A stretch of DNA of 64,000 nt from Alphaproteobacteria bacterium (GCA_963665325.3 OZ224045.1:1344001-1408000); one strand, 5' to 3'. Shown: positions 10,518 to 20,727, counted from the stretch's first letter. Program-made: numbers and translations. Notes: a model not told the origin generated them from the letters alone.

Positions 10518-11452
10518 CGTCCCCATCGTGTCGTCAAAAAAACATTTGGCAGCGCATCGTCCCCTCCATAGTCAAAAATTCCAGTTCTTCCTTGAATTGG
10601 TTTTTCGGCCAATCCATAATAGAAATTAGACAACTGTCTTACTATAATTACTGCATCAATCGACGGAAATTCAATCGCTTCTTCTTGAGAGTTTTTGTGA
10701 AAAGAATTCTCAGTCAACAGTCCAGATATATCGTTTACCAATATTGAAATCGGTTCGTAAATATAATCGTCCCAAACTATCACTAATACATTAGCACCAT
10801 CGGTCTGTTCAAAGTCAGAAAATTTTTCTTCTGTATTGGTGAGAAAATCCTTGATTGGATTGTCTCTTGGTAAAGTCACTGGCCTTCCTTTTCCAATTGT
10901 GTCGATAAGTTTCTTCGGAATTATTCTGGATGGGACCTGCAGATCGTGTGTCTGTCGTTCTTTAACATGTTTGATTAGTGAAGGCGCCTTTACCTCAAAC
11001 AGGAACCGTTTTCCTTCGGATTCAATTAATAATTCAGGCCTCTTTCCAGTCTGTCCAGCTTCTTCGTAACGAAAAATTGTCTCGCATGGCCAAGAAATAC
11101 GAAGAACACGATAAACTATTAACATCTCTGCTAGTACTTGCATTATACGATCATAATCACCGTCATCCTTTGGCCTATCCTTTATCGAGACCAATCGATC
11201 TACATAGTGACAACCAAGGCCGGTAATTTTCTGTTCAACAAAAGCACATGTTTCCGCAATTTCTTGGGCTATTGGATGAGGCGGAAGAAAGAAGTAGAAG
11301 TATTGAAGCCAATGCCAATTGCATTTTCCTATTTTATCCATTGTGTATAGGAAGAATTTAGCAGCAGGAATTTTTTGTTCCGAAAAACCAATTGCAGATT
11401 TCAGATATGCTAAACGAATATCTTTGTCGTACATCAACAATGTAGAGTTCAT
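10514..11452 (-). CDS. Low-GC hypothetical protein with a possible PD-(D/E)xK nuclease motif; C-terminus clipped by IS66
   Basis: 312-aa AT-rich ORF; AEM..YEE..GKRPELLIE..FEVKAP pattern; its TGA stop is supplied by the IS66 end. Confidence 0.65.
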   Translation of the reverse strand: MNSTLLMYDKDIRLAYLKSAIGFSEQKIPAAKFFLYTMDKIGKCNWHWLQYFYFFLPPHPIAQEIAETCAFVEQKITGLGCHYVDRLVSIKDRPKDDGDYDRIMQVLAEMLIVYRVLRISWPCETIFRYEEAGQTGKRPELLIESEGKRFLFEVKAPSLIKHVKERQTHDLQVPSRIIPKKLIDTIGKGRPVTLPRDNPIKDFLTNTEEKFSDFEQTDGANVLVIVWDDYIYEPISILVNDISGLLTENSFHKNSQEEAIEFPSIDAVIIVRQLSNFYYGLAEKPIQGRTGIFDYGGDDALPNVFLTTRWGR

Positions 11453-11879
11453 TCACCGGTGCTCCAAACTGTATTTGAGTTGCTTCATATGGATCGAATA
11501 TTGCTGACAGAGTGGTGTCGAGCTATGGGAAAGAAAATCTTTTGCTAGAGCCGCGAAGCCTCAAACCGTCGATTAGGCAACATAGCAGTACTCGTTGAAT
11601 CCGTCGACCACCAAGTTACATGGCGGGAGCAAGTCCCGTGTGGCGAGGGTAATCAGTTGATTTATTGAGTTCTTGTGTTGTTTTCGTTGGCCATTGCCGG
11701 CGATTGGTGGCAATCGAGGGTTCGAGGTGCGGCGCGGCGATCAACCTGAGATTTGCCCCGGTGCTCCCGGGCGCTCACCTAGATTGTCGTAGCGCCAGGC
11801 GAAGTCCTGGAAGGGGGGGATCTCGTTGCCTCAGCGCAATGTTCCCCAGCGTTGCGGCTGTGTCCGACATGCCGGTTTC

Positions 11880-12660
11880 GTGATCGCGCTGGAGGCGTGG
11901 GTAACAGGCTTGCCGCCGCGACCATCATGAATCTGGCGGAGATGGCGGCCTGGATCCTCGCCGGGGCGGGCGTCGAACCGCACGCGGTCGGGGGCGCCAT
12001 CGTGATCCCGCACGGACCCATCGTCGAGACCATGAAGGAACGCGGCTTCACGGTCTACTCCGTGAATCCGAAGCAGCTCGACCGCTTCTCGCCGGCCGGC
12101 GCCAAGGACGATCGCCGCGACGCCCGCGTGCTCGCCGATGCCCTGCGGACCGATGGCCATGCGTTCCGGCGCCTGGATCCGGCAGCACCGGAGATCGTCG
12201 AGCGGCGCGAGTGGTCGCGGATCGCCAACGACCCGACCCGCGACAGGACCCGGCTGGTGAACCGGGCCCGCCAGCAACTCTGGCGCTACTATCCGCAGCT
12301 CCTCAGGGTCGAAAGCGATCTCACCAGGACCTGGGTCCGCGAGCTCTGGTGCCTTGCGCCGATGCCCGCCAGGGCGCAGCGCGTCCGCGCCGCCACCGTC
12401 GCCAAGCTCCTGAAGCGCCATCGGGTGCGCCGGATCGATGCCGAAACCGCGCTCCGAATGCTGCGCGAGCAGGCGCTGTTCGTCGCGCCCGGCACGACCG
12501 AGGCCGCGGTTGCCCACATCGAAGTCGTCTTCTCGCAGCTTGCCGTCATCGCGCAGCAGCTCGCCAAGGCCTATGGCGAGCTCGACCGTCTGAGCGCAGC
12601 GCTGTCCCGATCGGCGGCCTTCCCGGAGGACGAGCCGGGAATAAATGCGCAGCGCGATGC
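11880..12660 (+). pseudogene. IS110-family transposase remnant (degraded DEDD domain, C-terminal domain missing); boundaries approximate
   Basis: PHGPIVET..GFTVYSVNPKQLDRF..GAKDDRRDARVLADALRTD, R.RL.NR.R.QL..YYP; no N-terminal GxD motif; ends at EPG..QRD. Confidence 0.8.
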
Positions 12661-13031
12661 TCTAAAACCAGACCGTCTTCAATCCCGCCCTCGCGAGTCA
12701 AGCCCATGCAGCGTGACGCAGAAACCACACAGAGTGCCAAGTACGCGTACTCGCGCGCGGCGGATCTCTCTTTACAAATGGTGGGGAGTCCCCCGAAAGG
12801 CGTCCTGCCGCGCTCCCGCAGAAATCCATGGGAACCCTCCCGATCGAAGGCGGTATGTCGAGCGAGGGGCGGCAGTCCGGTTACGCACCGCCGCATGCGT
12901 GCTCTCGTGCGGCGCGCCGCTCGCGAAAGCTTGCTGCGGGCTTGAAGCCCGCGCTCCCGTGGAGCCGGGCACGTTACCACGCAAGGCCGCAGGTCCGGGA
13001 TGAGGATCAAACCTAACCACCCAAATACCTA

Positions 13032-13204
13032 CCTGATTACGTGTCAAGCTCATCTTGCGACTGCCCGCTGCCGGAAACCGGGGTTCAGGAGGCTACGCGA
13101 CGACGGCTCCCAAGACACGGACGTTGATTCGCGGCCCCCGGCGAGCTACCGAAATCGATTGCGTTACGTGCCCGTAGCTCGGATGAGCTTGGTCCGTAAT
13201 CAGG
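13032..13204 (+). repeat. 173-bp element with 24-bp terminal inverted repeats, copy 1
   Basis: CCTGATTACGTGTCAAGCTCATCT ... GGATGAGCTTGGTCCGTAATCAGG; shares internal GGAAACCGGGGTTCAGG with copy 2. Confidence 0.88.
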
Positions 13205-14294
13205 GACATCTATTAATCCTATCGTTGGTCTGGGTCGCTTGGGACTCTCCGGCAATAACTTGGACTGCTTTGTCGACTTCCACTGCAATCAGAGAAAACC
13301 CTTCTCTATTCGGATGCGTTTCGTTTGCCCACTTGTCGGCGCCAACTACGCCAAGGAGGTTTATGTAGAAAACGGAAGGATTACTGTCGGAGAACTGCTC
13401 AGTAATCTTCATGCAAATGGCTCGATTATATTCTTCCATGAAGTCTCGAATCTCCTGCTTCATAAACGAAATATCCTCGTAATTCTTATGATCAAAGGAA
13501 GGCTTTATCCAAGGTCCCTTGAAATTAAGTGGGTAACCATATCCTCGACCATCGGGCACGATAAAGTCATATCCATGCACAAGAATAGGCACAGGTGGCG
13601 AATTGTGATCTTGCCCTCCTTCTTCTGCCTCAAGAGGGAATACCATATCCGTGGCATGTCTGACCGCTTTCAGATACTCGATCATGATTCCAGATAATCG
13701 CTCTATGAAAGCGGTGGACATCGCGTTATTCACTCCATCCGCTAGAGGTCCTTGATAAAGTCTGTGATTGATCAGCGTTGCAATCTCGGGACTCGCCACA
13801 TCATTACCCCCGGCCGAAATCAGGACTGCCTCTGGCCGATTATTCCGGTACAAGTTTCTGACGTCAAGCATTTTAGAAACCAGGCCGGAAATCTGATTCT
13901 TGTCGTAGGCCATTTGCTCCAGAGTTTCACCGTAGTGTGCCACGGAAAACACTACGTAATTGTACGTCTCCTCTAGTTCGACGAGGATGTCATCACGGGC
14001 CCGCAAGTCCGCCATCCGTCGAAGAGATGGGTAATTGAACCAGGAGTCACCTTCAGCAATAAGAATTTTCCCTTCGTCTCCTGCTAACTTTCCGCGAAGC
14101 GTCTCTTCTTCAATCGCTTCGTCAACTAGGCAGTGGGTGTAGCTGTTGTTGTCTAAAAGACACTTGTGGAAATCGAAAGCTTCCTGAGACAATGCGACCG
14201 ACGGGTTCAGCAATAGGATCCATACAATACCGACCAGCGGGCACCATCTTGCGCATTGTTGTGATGAAGTCGTTGCTTGGCTTGTGGTCATCAC
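13200..14294 (-). CDS. Secreted SGNH/GDSL-family hydrolase (lower GC than its surroundings)
   Basis: Signal peptide, AEGDSWF (block I), SAGGND (block III), HGYD, WANETHP (block V); GGAGG RBS. Confidence 0.85.
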   Translation of the reverse strand: MMTTSQATTSSQQCARWCPLVGIVWILLLNPSVALSQEAFDFHKCLLDNNSYTHCLVDEAIEEETLRGKLAGDEGKILIAEGDSWFNYPSLRRMADLRARDDILVELEETYNYVVFSVAHYGETLEQMAYDKNQISGLVSKMLDVRNLYRNNRPEAVLISAGGNDVASPEIATLINHRLYQGPLADGVNNAMSTAFIERLSGIMIEYLKAVRHATDMVFPLEAEEGGQDHNSPPVPILVHGYDFIVPDGRGYGYPLNFKGPWIKPSFDHKNYEDISFMKQEIRDFMEEYNRAICMKITEQFSDSNPSVFYINLLGVVGADKWANETHPNREGFSLIAVEVDKAVQVIAGESQATQTNDRINRCP

Positions 14295-14384
14295 TATGCC
14301 TCCATTCCATTGCGCTACTCAGGACACACTCTACCGCATCCCTGACTGGTTTATCCAGACTTGATTTCGTATCAAGTAGATCTT

Positions 14385-14557
14385 CCTGATTGCGTATTAA
14401 GCTTGTCTTGCGAATGCGGCTCGCGGGAAACCGGGGTTCAGGCGGCCACGCTACGACGTTTCCGGCGGCCCGTTCCTCGATTTCCAGATTCGGGCGAGCC
14501 ATCGAGGTTGATTACGTTTCGTGTCCGTAGCTCAGATGAGCTTGGTACGTAATCAGG
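14385..14557 (+). repeat. 173-bp element with 24-bp terminal inverted repeats, copy 2 (direct orientation to copy 1)
   Basis: CCTGATTGCGTATTAAGCTTGTCT ... AGATGAGCTTGGTACGTAATCAGG; same length as copy 1. Confidence 0.88.
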
Positions 14558-15125
14558 AGAAGTGTGCCTGCTTCGAACTTTCCCGAGCGCCAGTATGTCG
14601 GATACTTGGAGCAGATTTCCGCGTTGGCGTCCGACGTGAATGTCCAGCCCGCCGCGCTTCCGTTGCGACGGTGCATCCGGGCCCTCTGTCTGCCGGCGGC
14701 CACATGCCGCCGAGCGGCAACTTGCCGGGCGCACCAGAGCGCGTGACAGAACTGCGGGCGGCTGCGCTCGGCTTGTAGGGAGCGCGTTCCCGCTGCGCTT
14801 ACGGTGTGCTACGACTGGCACCCGTGTTCTCGGAGAAATCGGCCCACACCGGAAGAATAGTGCTCGACCGGAGCGGACCGCTTGATACCGTGGCCCGCAA
14901 CCTCGTACCGTTCTCTACCCACTTCACGACGCGCGAAGGACTGAGGTGGCATGCGCAGGATGGCTTCAGGCGAGACATGCAGGAGGTTGTAAGGACAGGA
15001 CGCACCCTCGGTGCGCTGGACCCAGAGTTGAGGCAAATCCGCTTACGGTACGATTGCGGATGAGCTGGATTCTTCCTGCGCAGGCTAGATGAGAAGCATA
15101 GTAATACACTGGTATATAACGAAAA

Positions 15126-17210
15126 ATGGATGACAAGAAGCCCGTCTACCGAGTAGGTGTCGATGTTGGCGGCACCTTCACGGATATCGTGCTGGAGGCT
15201 GCCGGCGTGCGGACGTCCGCCAAGGTGCTGACCACATCGCAGGCCCCGGAGAGGGGCGTGATCGACGGTCTGCGCGAGGTCCTGCGGAAGTCGGAGCTCG
15301 CCCCCGGCGATGTAGGCCTTGTCCTCCACGGCACGACACTCGCCACCAATGCGGTCATCGAGAGGCGCGGTGCGCCCACCGCATTCATCACGACCGCCGG
15401 GTTCCGCGACATTCTCGAGGTCGGCTACGAGACCCGGTACGACCAGTACGACCTGATGATCGAGAAGGTGAAGCCGATCGTGCCGCGCCGGCTCCGTTTC
15501 ACCGTGCCGGAGCGCGTCGATGCACGCGGCCGCATACTGGAAGACCTCGACGAGGAGGCCGTTCATGCGCTGGTGCCGGCGCTTTCCGCCGCCGGAATCG
15601 AGAGCGTTGCCGTCGGGTTCTTCCATGCCTACGCCAATCCCGTCCATGAGAAGCGGGTCGAAGCGATCCTGAGCGAGGCCTTGCCGGCGCTCTCGGTGAC
15701 GCTTGCCTCCGAAGTGTGCCCGGAGGTCCGGGAATACGAACGCTTCACCACGGCCAGCGTGAACGCGTATGTCCGGCCGCTGATGGAGGGCTATCTCGCG
15801 CGTCTCGACGGGATGCTCGGTGAAATCGGCATCGGCTGTCCGTTGCTTCTCATGACTTCGGGGGGCGGCCTCACGACCGTTGAGACGGCGAGGCGCCAGC
15901 CGGTTCGGCTCGTGGAATCCGGTCCTGCCGGCGGCGTGTTGCTGGCCCGGGAAATTGCCGCCAGAGCCGGTCTCGACAAGGTCATGTCCTTCGACATGGG
16001 CGGCACGACGGCCAAGATCTGTTTCATCGAGGACCTGGAGCCGAGGCGCGCGCGGGAATTCGAGATCGACCGCCAGGCCCGCTTCATGAAGGGCAGCGGC
16101 CTGCCGCTCCGCATTCCTGTCATCGAGATGGTGGAGATCGGCGCGGGCGGCGGGTCGATCGCCCGCGTGGACCGGCTGGGCCGGATCTCCGTCGGGCCGG
16201 AAAGCGCCGGTGCCGAGCCCGGACCGGCAGGCTATGACCGCGGCGGGGCCGAGGCGACGGTCACGGACGCCGATATCGTCCTTGGCCGCATCGACCCGGA
16301 GGGCTTTGCCGGCGGGCGCATCGAACTGTCCCCCGAACTGTCGGCCGAGGCGGTCGGCCGCAATGTGGGGGCAGTCCTGGAGCTTGGGCATTCGCAGGCG
16401 GCGCAGGGGCTGGTCGAAATCGTCGATGAGAACATGTCGAACGCGGCGCGGGTTCTCGCCGTCGAGGAAGGCAAGGTCGCATCGGAGCAGACGATTATCG
16501 CCTTCGGTGGCGCAGCCCCCCTCCATGCCTGCCGGATTGCGGAAAAGCTGGGCATTCAGAGAATTGTCGTCCCGGTCGATGCCGGAGTGGGTTCGGCCGT
16601 CGGGTTCCTCAGGGCCCCGGTCGCCTACGAGGTGGTGCGCAGCCTCAATATGCGCCTGTCGGCCCTCGACGCCGGGGCCGTGAACGAGCTGATGGCCGAC
16701 ATGCGCCGGGAAGCCCGCAGCGTCGTGGAGTCGGGCGCATTCGGCGCGGCGCTTGCCGAACGCCGCGTCGCTTACATGCGCTATCTGGGGCAGGGGCACG
16801 AAATCGCCGTGTCCGTAGAGGCCGAGCATCTCGGCCCCGATGACGGGCGCACCCTGCAGGCGGCCTACGACCGCGAATATGAGCGCTTGTTCAAGCGGGT
16901 CATCCCGGACGCCGATGTCGAGGTGCTGTCCTGGGGCCTGACCGTTTCGACGGCGGAAACCATGCCGGCGGCCGAGGCGGGCGCGGGAATATCGGCCGCG
17001 CCGGAGCCGGCCGGCTGGCGGGACATCCACGACACGGAAAGCGGCGAGGCGGCCCGGGTGCCGCTGTACCGGCGCGCCGACCTGGCCGCGGGTGACGGGC
17101 TGGACGGCCCGGCGCTGATCGTGGAAGAGCAGACTTCGACCTTCGTCTCCCGGGCGTTCACGGCGATGCTCGCTCCGGGAGGTAATATCGTGTTGGACAG
17201 ACGGGTTTAG
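15126..17210 (+). CDS. Hydantoinase/oxoprolinase family subunit A
   Basis: GVDVGGTFTD, HGTTLATNA, ESGPAGG, DMGGTT, IGAGGGS, FGGAAPLH, MRYLGQGHE. Confidence 0.92.
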   Translation: MDDKKPVYRVGVDVGGTFTDIVLEAAGVRTSAKVLTTSQAPERGVIDGLREVLRKSELAPGDVGLVLHGTTLATNAVIERRGAPTAFITTAGFRDILEVGYETRYDQYDLMIEKVKPIVPRRLRFTVPERVDARGRILEDLDEEAVHALVPALSAAGIESVAVGFFHAYANPVHEKRVEAILSEALPALSVTLASEVCPEVREYERFTTASVNAYVRPLMEGYLARLDGMLGEIGIGCPLLLMTSGGGLTTVETARRQPVRLVESGPAGGVLLAREIAARAGLDKVMSFDMGGTTAKICFIEDLEPRRAREFEIDRQARFMKGSGLPLRIPVIEMVEIGAGGGSIARVDRLGRISVGPESAGAEPGPAGYDRGGAEATVTDADIVLGRIDPEGFAGGRIELSPELSAEAVGRNVGAVLELGHSQAAQGLVEIVDENMSNAARVLAVEEGKVASEQTIIAFGGAAPLHACRIAEKLGIQRIVVPVDAGVGSAVGFLRAPVAYEVVRSLNMRLSALDAGAVNELMADMRREARSVVESGAFGAALAERRVAYMRYLGQGHEIAVSVEAEHLGPDDGRTLQAAYDREYERLFKRVIPDADVEVLSWGLTVSTAETMPAAEAGAGISAAPEPAGWRDIHDTESGEAARVPLYRRADLAAGDGLDGPALIVEEQTSTFVSRAFTAMLAPGGNIVLDRRV

Positions 17211-17221
17211 GGGACCGGGAT

Positions 17222-18886
17222 ATGGCAAACAAAGACGGCCTTGATGTCATTACCAGGCAGGTGATGTGGAACCGCCTGATCTCCGTTGTCGAAGAGCAGG
17301 CGCAAACGCTGCTGAGAACGGCCTTCAGCCCGATCGTGCGCGAATGCGGCGACCTCTCGGCCGGTGTGTTCGACCTCAAGGGCCGGATGCTGGCCCAGGC
17401 GGTGACCGGGACCCCCGGCCATGTCAACTCCATGGCCGAGTCCGTGCAGCATTTCATCCGCCACTTCCCGGTCGCGGAGATGAACGAAGGCGACATCTAC
17501 ATCACCAACGACCCCTGGCTGGGCACGGGCCACCTCAACGACTTCGTGCTGACCACACCCTGTTTTCGCGAGGGCAAGCCGGTCGGCCTGTTCTCCTGCA
17601 CCTCGCACCTGACCGATATCGGCGGCATCGGCGTCGGCCCCGACGCGACGGACGTGCATATGGAGGGGCTCTACATCCCGATGCTGAAGCTCGCCGACCG
17701 CGGCCGGATCGACAAGACCCTCATGGCGATGGTCCGCCGCAACACCCGCGAGCCGGTGGAATGCGAGGGCGACGTCTATTCGCTCGCTGCCTGCAATGAG
17801 GTGGGCTGCGTTCGCCTGGTCGAAATGATGGACGAATTCGGGCTCGACGAACTCGGCGAACTCGGCGAATACATCGTCTCGAGTTCCCGCCGCGCCGTGC
17901 TCGCGGAAGTCGCCGAGCTGCCGAAGGGCAAGTATCGCAACGCCATGACCCTGGACGGATACGACCGGCCGATAGACCTGGTCGCGACGCTGGAGATCGG
18001 CGACGAGGGCATCCATGTCGATTATGACGGCACTTCGCCCATGTCGCGCTACGGCGTGAATGTGCCGATGGCCTACACGACCGCCTATACCAGCTTCGGG
18101 CTCGGCTGCGCGATTGCGCCGGGCGTTCCGAACAATGCGGGCTCGCTCTCCGCCTTCCGGGTGACGGCGCCAGAGCGCTCCATCCTCAACGCGCCCTATC
18201 CGGCGGCGGTCTGCGCTCGGCACCTCATCGGGCAACAGTTGCCCGACGTCGTGTTCGGTTGCCTCGAGAAGGTCGTGCCCGAGCGCGTGCCGGCGGAGGG
18301 TGCCTCGTCGCTCTGGAACATCACCTTCCGCGGGGAAGCCGACCGGGGCTCGAACGAGCGGAGGCTATTCGCCTTCACCGCGGTGACGAACGGAGGCACC
18401 GGTGCGCGGGGCGTGAAGGACGGCCTGAACGGCACCGCCTATCCGAGCGGGGTCAAGGGCACGCCGGTCGAGATCGTCGAGACGATGACGCCGGTGGTGT
18501 TCCGCCGCAAGGAGTTGCGCACCGATTCCGCCGGGCCCGGAACCTGGCGCGGCGGAGCCGGGCAGGTGATCGAGCTCGAGTCGGCGGACGGCAGGGACAT
18601 GGAGCTGCTGGCCGCCTATGAGCGCATCGACCATCCGGCGCGGGGGCGCGCCGGCGGCGGCGGCGGAGAGGCGGGCGCGGTCTTCCTGGCTTCGGGAACC
18701 CGGCTGAAGGGCAAGGGCACGCAGACCATCCCGGCCGGCGAGACGCTCGTGCTGCACACCCCCGGCGGCGGAGGGCACGGGCCCTCAAGGAACCGCCCGC
18801 CTGAAGCCGTGGCTGCGGATGTCGAGGACGGCCTCATCACCGAGGCGGCAGCCCGCAGAGACTATGGCTGGGAGGGCGCTGCCTAG
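17222..18886 (+). CDS. Hydantoinase B/oxoprolinase family subunit
   Basis: RTAFSPIVRE..DLS, NDPWLGTGHLND, H..DIGG, DSAGPG.WRGG, TPGGGG. Confidence 0.92.
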   Translation: MANKDGLDVITRQVMWNRLISVVEEQAQTLLRTAFSPIVRECGDLSAGVFDLKGRMLAQAVTGTPGHVNSMAESVQHFIRHFPVAEMNEGDIYITNDPWLGTGHLNDFVLTTPCFREGKPVGLFSCTSHLTDIGGIGVGPDATDVHMEGLYIPMLKLADRGRIDKTLMAMVRRNTREPVECEGDVYSLAACNEVGCVRLVEMMDEFGLDELGELGEYIVSSSRRAVLAEVAELPKGKYRNAMTLDGYDRPIDLVATLEIGDEGIHVDYDGTSPMSRYGVNVPMAYTTAYTSFGLGCAIAPGVPNNAGSLSAFRVTAPERSILNAPYPAAVCARHLIGQQLPDVVFGCLEKVVPERVPAEGASSLWNITFRGEADRGSNERRLFAFTAVTNGGTGARGVKDGLNGTAYPSGVKGTPVEIVETMTPVVFRRKELRTDSAGPGTWRGGAGQVIELESADGRDMELLAAYERIDHPARGRAGGGGGEAGAVFLASGTRLKGKGTQTIPAGETLVLHTPGGGGHGPSRNRPPEAVAADVEDGLITEAAARRDYGWEGAA

Positions 18887-20187
18887 CCCTTCAGCTTGAT
18901 GTTGTCGGGCAGGAACATGACGATATCGGGGAAGACCGTAATCAGCAGCGCCATCGCCGCCATGATGAAGAAGAAGGGCAGGGTGGCGATGGCGATGCGC
19001 CCGATCTTCTCGCCGGTCATGCCCTGAATGACGAAAAGGTTGAACCCGACGGGCGGCGTTATCTGCGCCATCTCCACGACAATCACCAGGAAGATGCCGA
19101 ACCAGACCTTGTCGAAGCCGGCCTGCGTCACGAGCGCCAGCGTGATCGGCAAGGTCATGACGATGCTCGACATGCCTTCGAGCACACAACCCAGAATGGC
19201 GTAGAAGACCAGCAGCAGCAGGATGAGCCCGAAGGGCGACAGGCCGAGCCCCGCGATCTCTCCGGCGATGATGCGCGGCACGCCCAGATAGCCGATGGCA
19301 ATGGACAGGAAATAGGCGCCGGCCACGATCAGCCCGATCATGGAGATGGTGCGGACGGCGCCGAAACAGGCCTGGCGCAGATTGCCGTAGGTGAGCGTGC
19401 CCTGCATGGCGCTGACGATGAGGGCGCCGACAACGCCGACCGCGGCCGCCTCCGAAGGGCTGGCATAGCCGCCGTACATCGAGCCCAGCACGAGGAAAAT
19501 CAGGAAAACGACCGGACCGAGATGCCGGAGGCCGGCAAGCCGCTCGGCCATCGGGACGAAGAGTTCCTCGTTCGAGGCCATGGAAGGCCGGGTCAGGGTT
19601 CTGATCGCGATATAGAGCATGTAGCCGAGCGCGAGCAGGAGCCCCGGAACCACGCCCGCGATGAAGAGCTTCAGGATCGAGGTCTCGGCGAGCACGCCAT
19701 AGACGATCAGCACCAGGCTCGGCGGGATCAGCAGGCCGAGCGTGCCGGCGCCCGCGAGCGAACCCATCGCCAGGTCCTTGTCGTAGCCGCGCCGGAAGAG
19801 TTCGGTAAGCGTGATGCGCCCGACCGTGGCCGTGGTGGCGGCCGACGAGCCGGAAATCGCGGCGAAGAGCGTGCAGCCGATCACATTGACATGCAGCAGG
19901 CGGCCGGGCAGGCGGGTCGTCCAGGGCGTGATCCCGGCGAACAGCGTCTCGGAAAGCTTGGTGCGGAACAGGATTTCCGCCATCAGGATGAACATCGGCA
20001 GCGCCAGCAGCTCCGGCGTCGTCGTGACGTTCCAGATCATCTGGGCGAGCAGCTTCTCGACCGGCATGGACCGGAAGAGGCCCAGCGAGATCAACCCGAC
20101 GGATATCAGCGACACGGCAACCCAGACGCCCGCGGCGAGCGTAACCGCAAGAAGGCCGAGGACCGTGAAGACGATGGCGGTGGTCAT
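18883..20187 (-). CDS. dctM: TRAP transporter large permease
   Basis: ALPMFIL, SGSSAAT, GTLGLLIPPS, PSEAAA, ITPPVGFNLF; many TM helices. Confidence 0.92.
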   Translation of the reverse strand: MTTAIVFTVLGLLAVTLAAGVWVAVSLISVGLISLGLFRSMPVEKLLAQMIWNVTTTPELLALPMFILMAEILFRTKLSETLFAGITPWTTRLPGRLLHVNVIGCTLFAAISGSSAATTATVGRITLTELFRRGYDKDLAMGSLAGAGTLGLLIPPSLVLIVYGVLAETSILKLFIAGVVPGLLLALGYMLYIAIRTLTRPSMASNEELFVPMAERLAGLRHLGPVVFLIFLVLGSMYGGYASPSEAAAVGVVGALIVSAMQGTLTYGNLRQACFGAVRTISMIGLIVAGAYFLSIAIGYLGVPRIIAGEIAGLGLSPFGLILLLLVFYAILGCVLEGMSSIVMTLPITLALVTQAGFDKVWFGIFLVIVVEMAQITPPVGFNLFVIQGMTGEKIGRIAIATLPFFFIMAAMALLITVFPDIVMFLPDNIKLKG

Positions 20188-20202
20188 GGAGGCTGCCGCC
20201 TT

Positions 20203-20727
20203 CTACTCGACGCTGTAGGAGCGCATGGCTTCCCGGTCGTCGGGCGGATCGTCGATAAGCAGCCGGATCAGGCGGACGATCATCTGGAGGGCCAGAAGCG
20301 TTGCGCCGACCGCAAGCCCGGAGGTCGGATAGATCAGGGGCACGGCGACCACGGTGAACGAGGTGCTGCCGGAGACGAAAGTCTGCCAGGCGAAGAGGAT
20401 CATGGAATAGGCCAGGTAACAGGTGATGGCGACGCCGAAGATCGTGGCGAGGAACTCCGAGATCCTGGCCACATGGGCGTTCCGGCTGGTGATGAGGAAC
20501 GCGACACGGACCTGGCCGCCGGTTCGAAGCGTGAAAGCGGCGCCGAGGAAAATCGCGGTGCCGAGGAAATAGGAACTGTATTCCCAGGCGAAGCTGAGCG
20601 AGATGTTGAAGACGGTGCGGCAGATGACTTCCGCGATAATGAGGACCACGATGCCGACCACGAGCAGCACGGCGAGCACGCCGGCAACCTGGGACACCCT
20701 GTCCATGGCGGTCAGCACTGCCCGCAC
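20203..20727 (-). CDS. dctQ: TRAP transporter small permease
   Basis: Four TM helices, EV..R..F, LRTGGQVRV; lies between dctP and dctM. Confidence 0.88.
   Translation of the reverse strand: MRAVLTAMDRVSQVAGVLAVLLVVGIVVLIIAEVICRTVFNISLSFAWEYSSYFLGTAIFLGAAFTLRTGGQVRVAFLITSRNAHVARISEFLATIFGVAITCYLAYSMILFAWQTFVSGSTSFTVVAVPLIYPTSGLAVGATLLALQMIVRLIRLLIDDPPDDREAMRSYSVE

Noticed and set aside
12936-12959. Short REP-like palindromes (GCGGGCTTGAAGCCCGCGCTCCC; also CCTCTCCCGCTCGCGGGAGAGG near 35481)
   Set aside because: Single copies in this window, and a common repeat class; too little evidence to call a feature
13032-14557. Canonical integron attC sites or Xer dif modules
   Set aside because: No RYYYAAC/GTTRRRY cores, no 11-6-11 dif pattern and no intI in the window; kept only as an architectural analogy
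14806-15063. 85-aa ORF upstream of hydantoinase A
   Set aside because: No RBS or recognisable motif; possibly a gene fragment but not supportable
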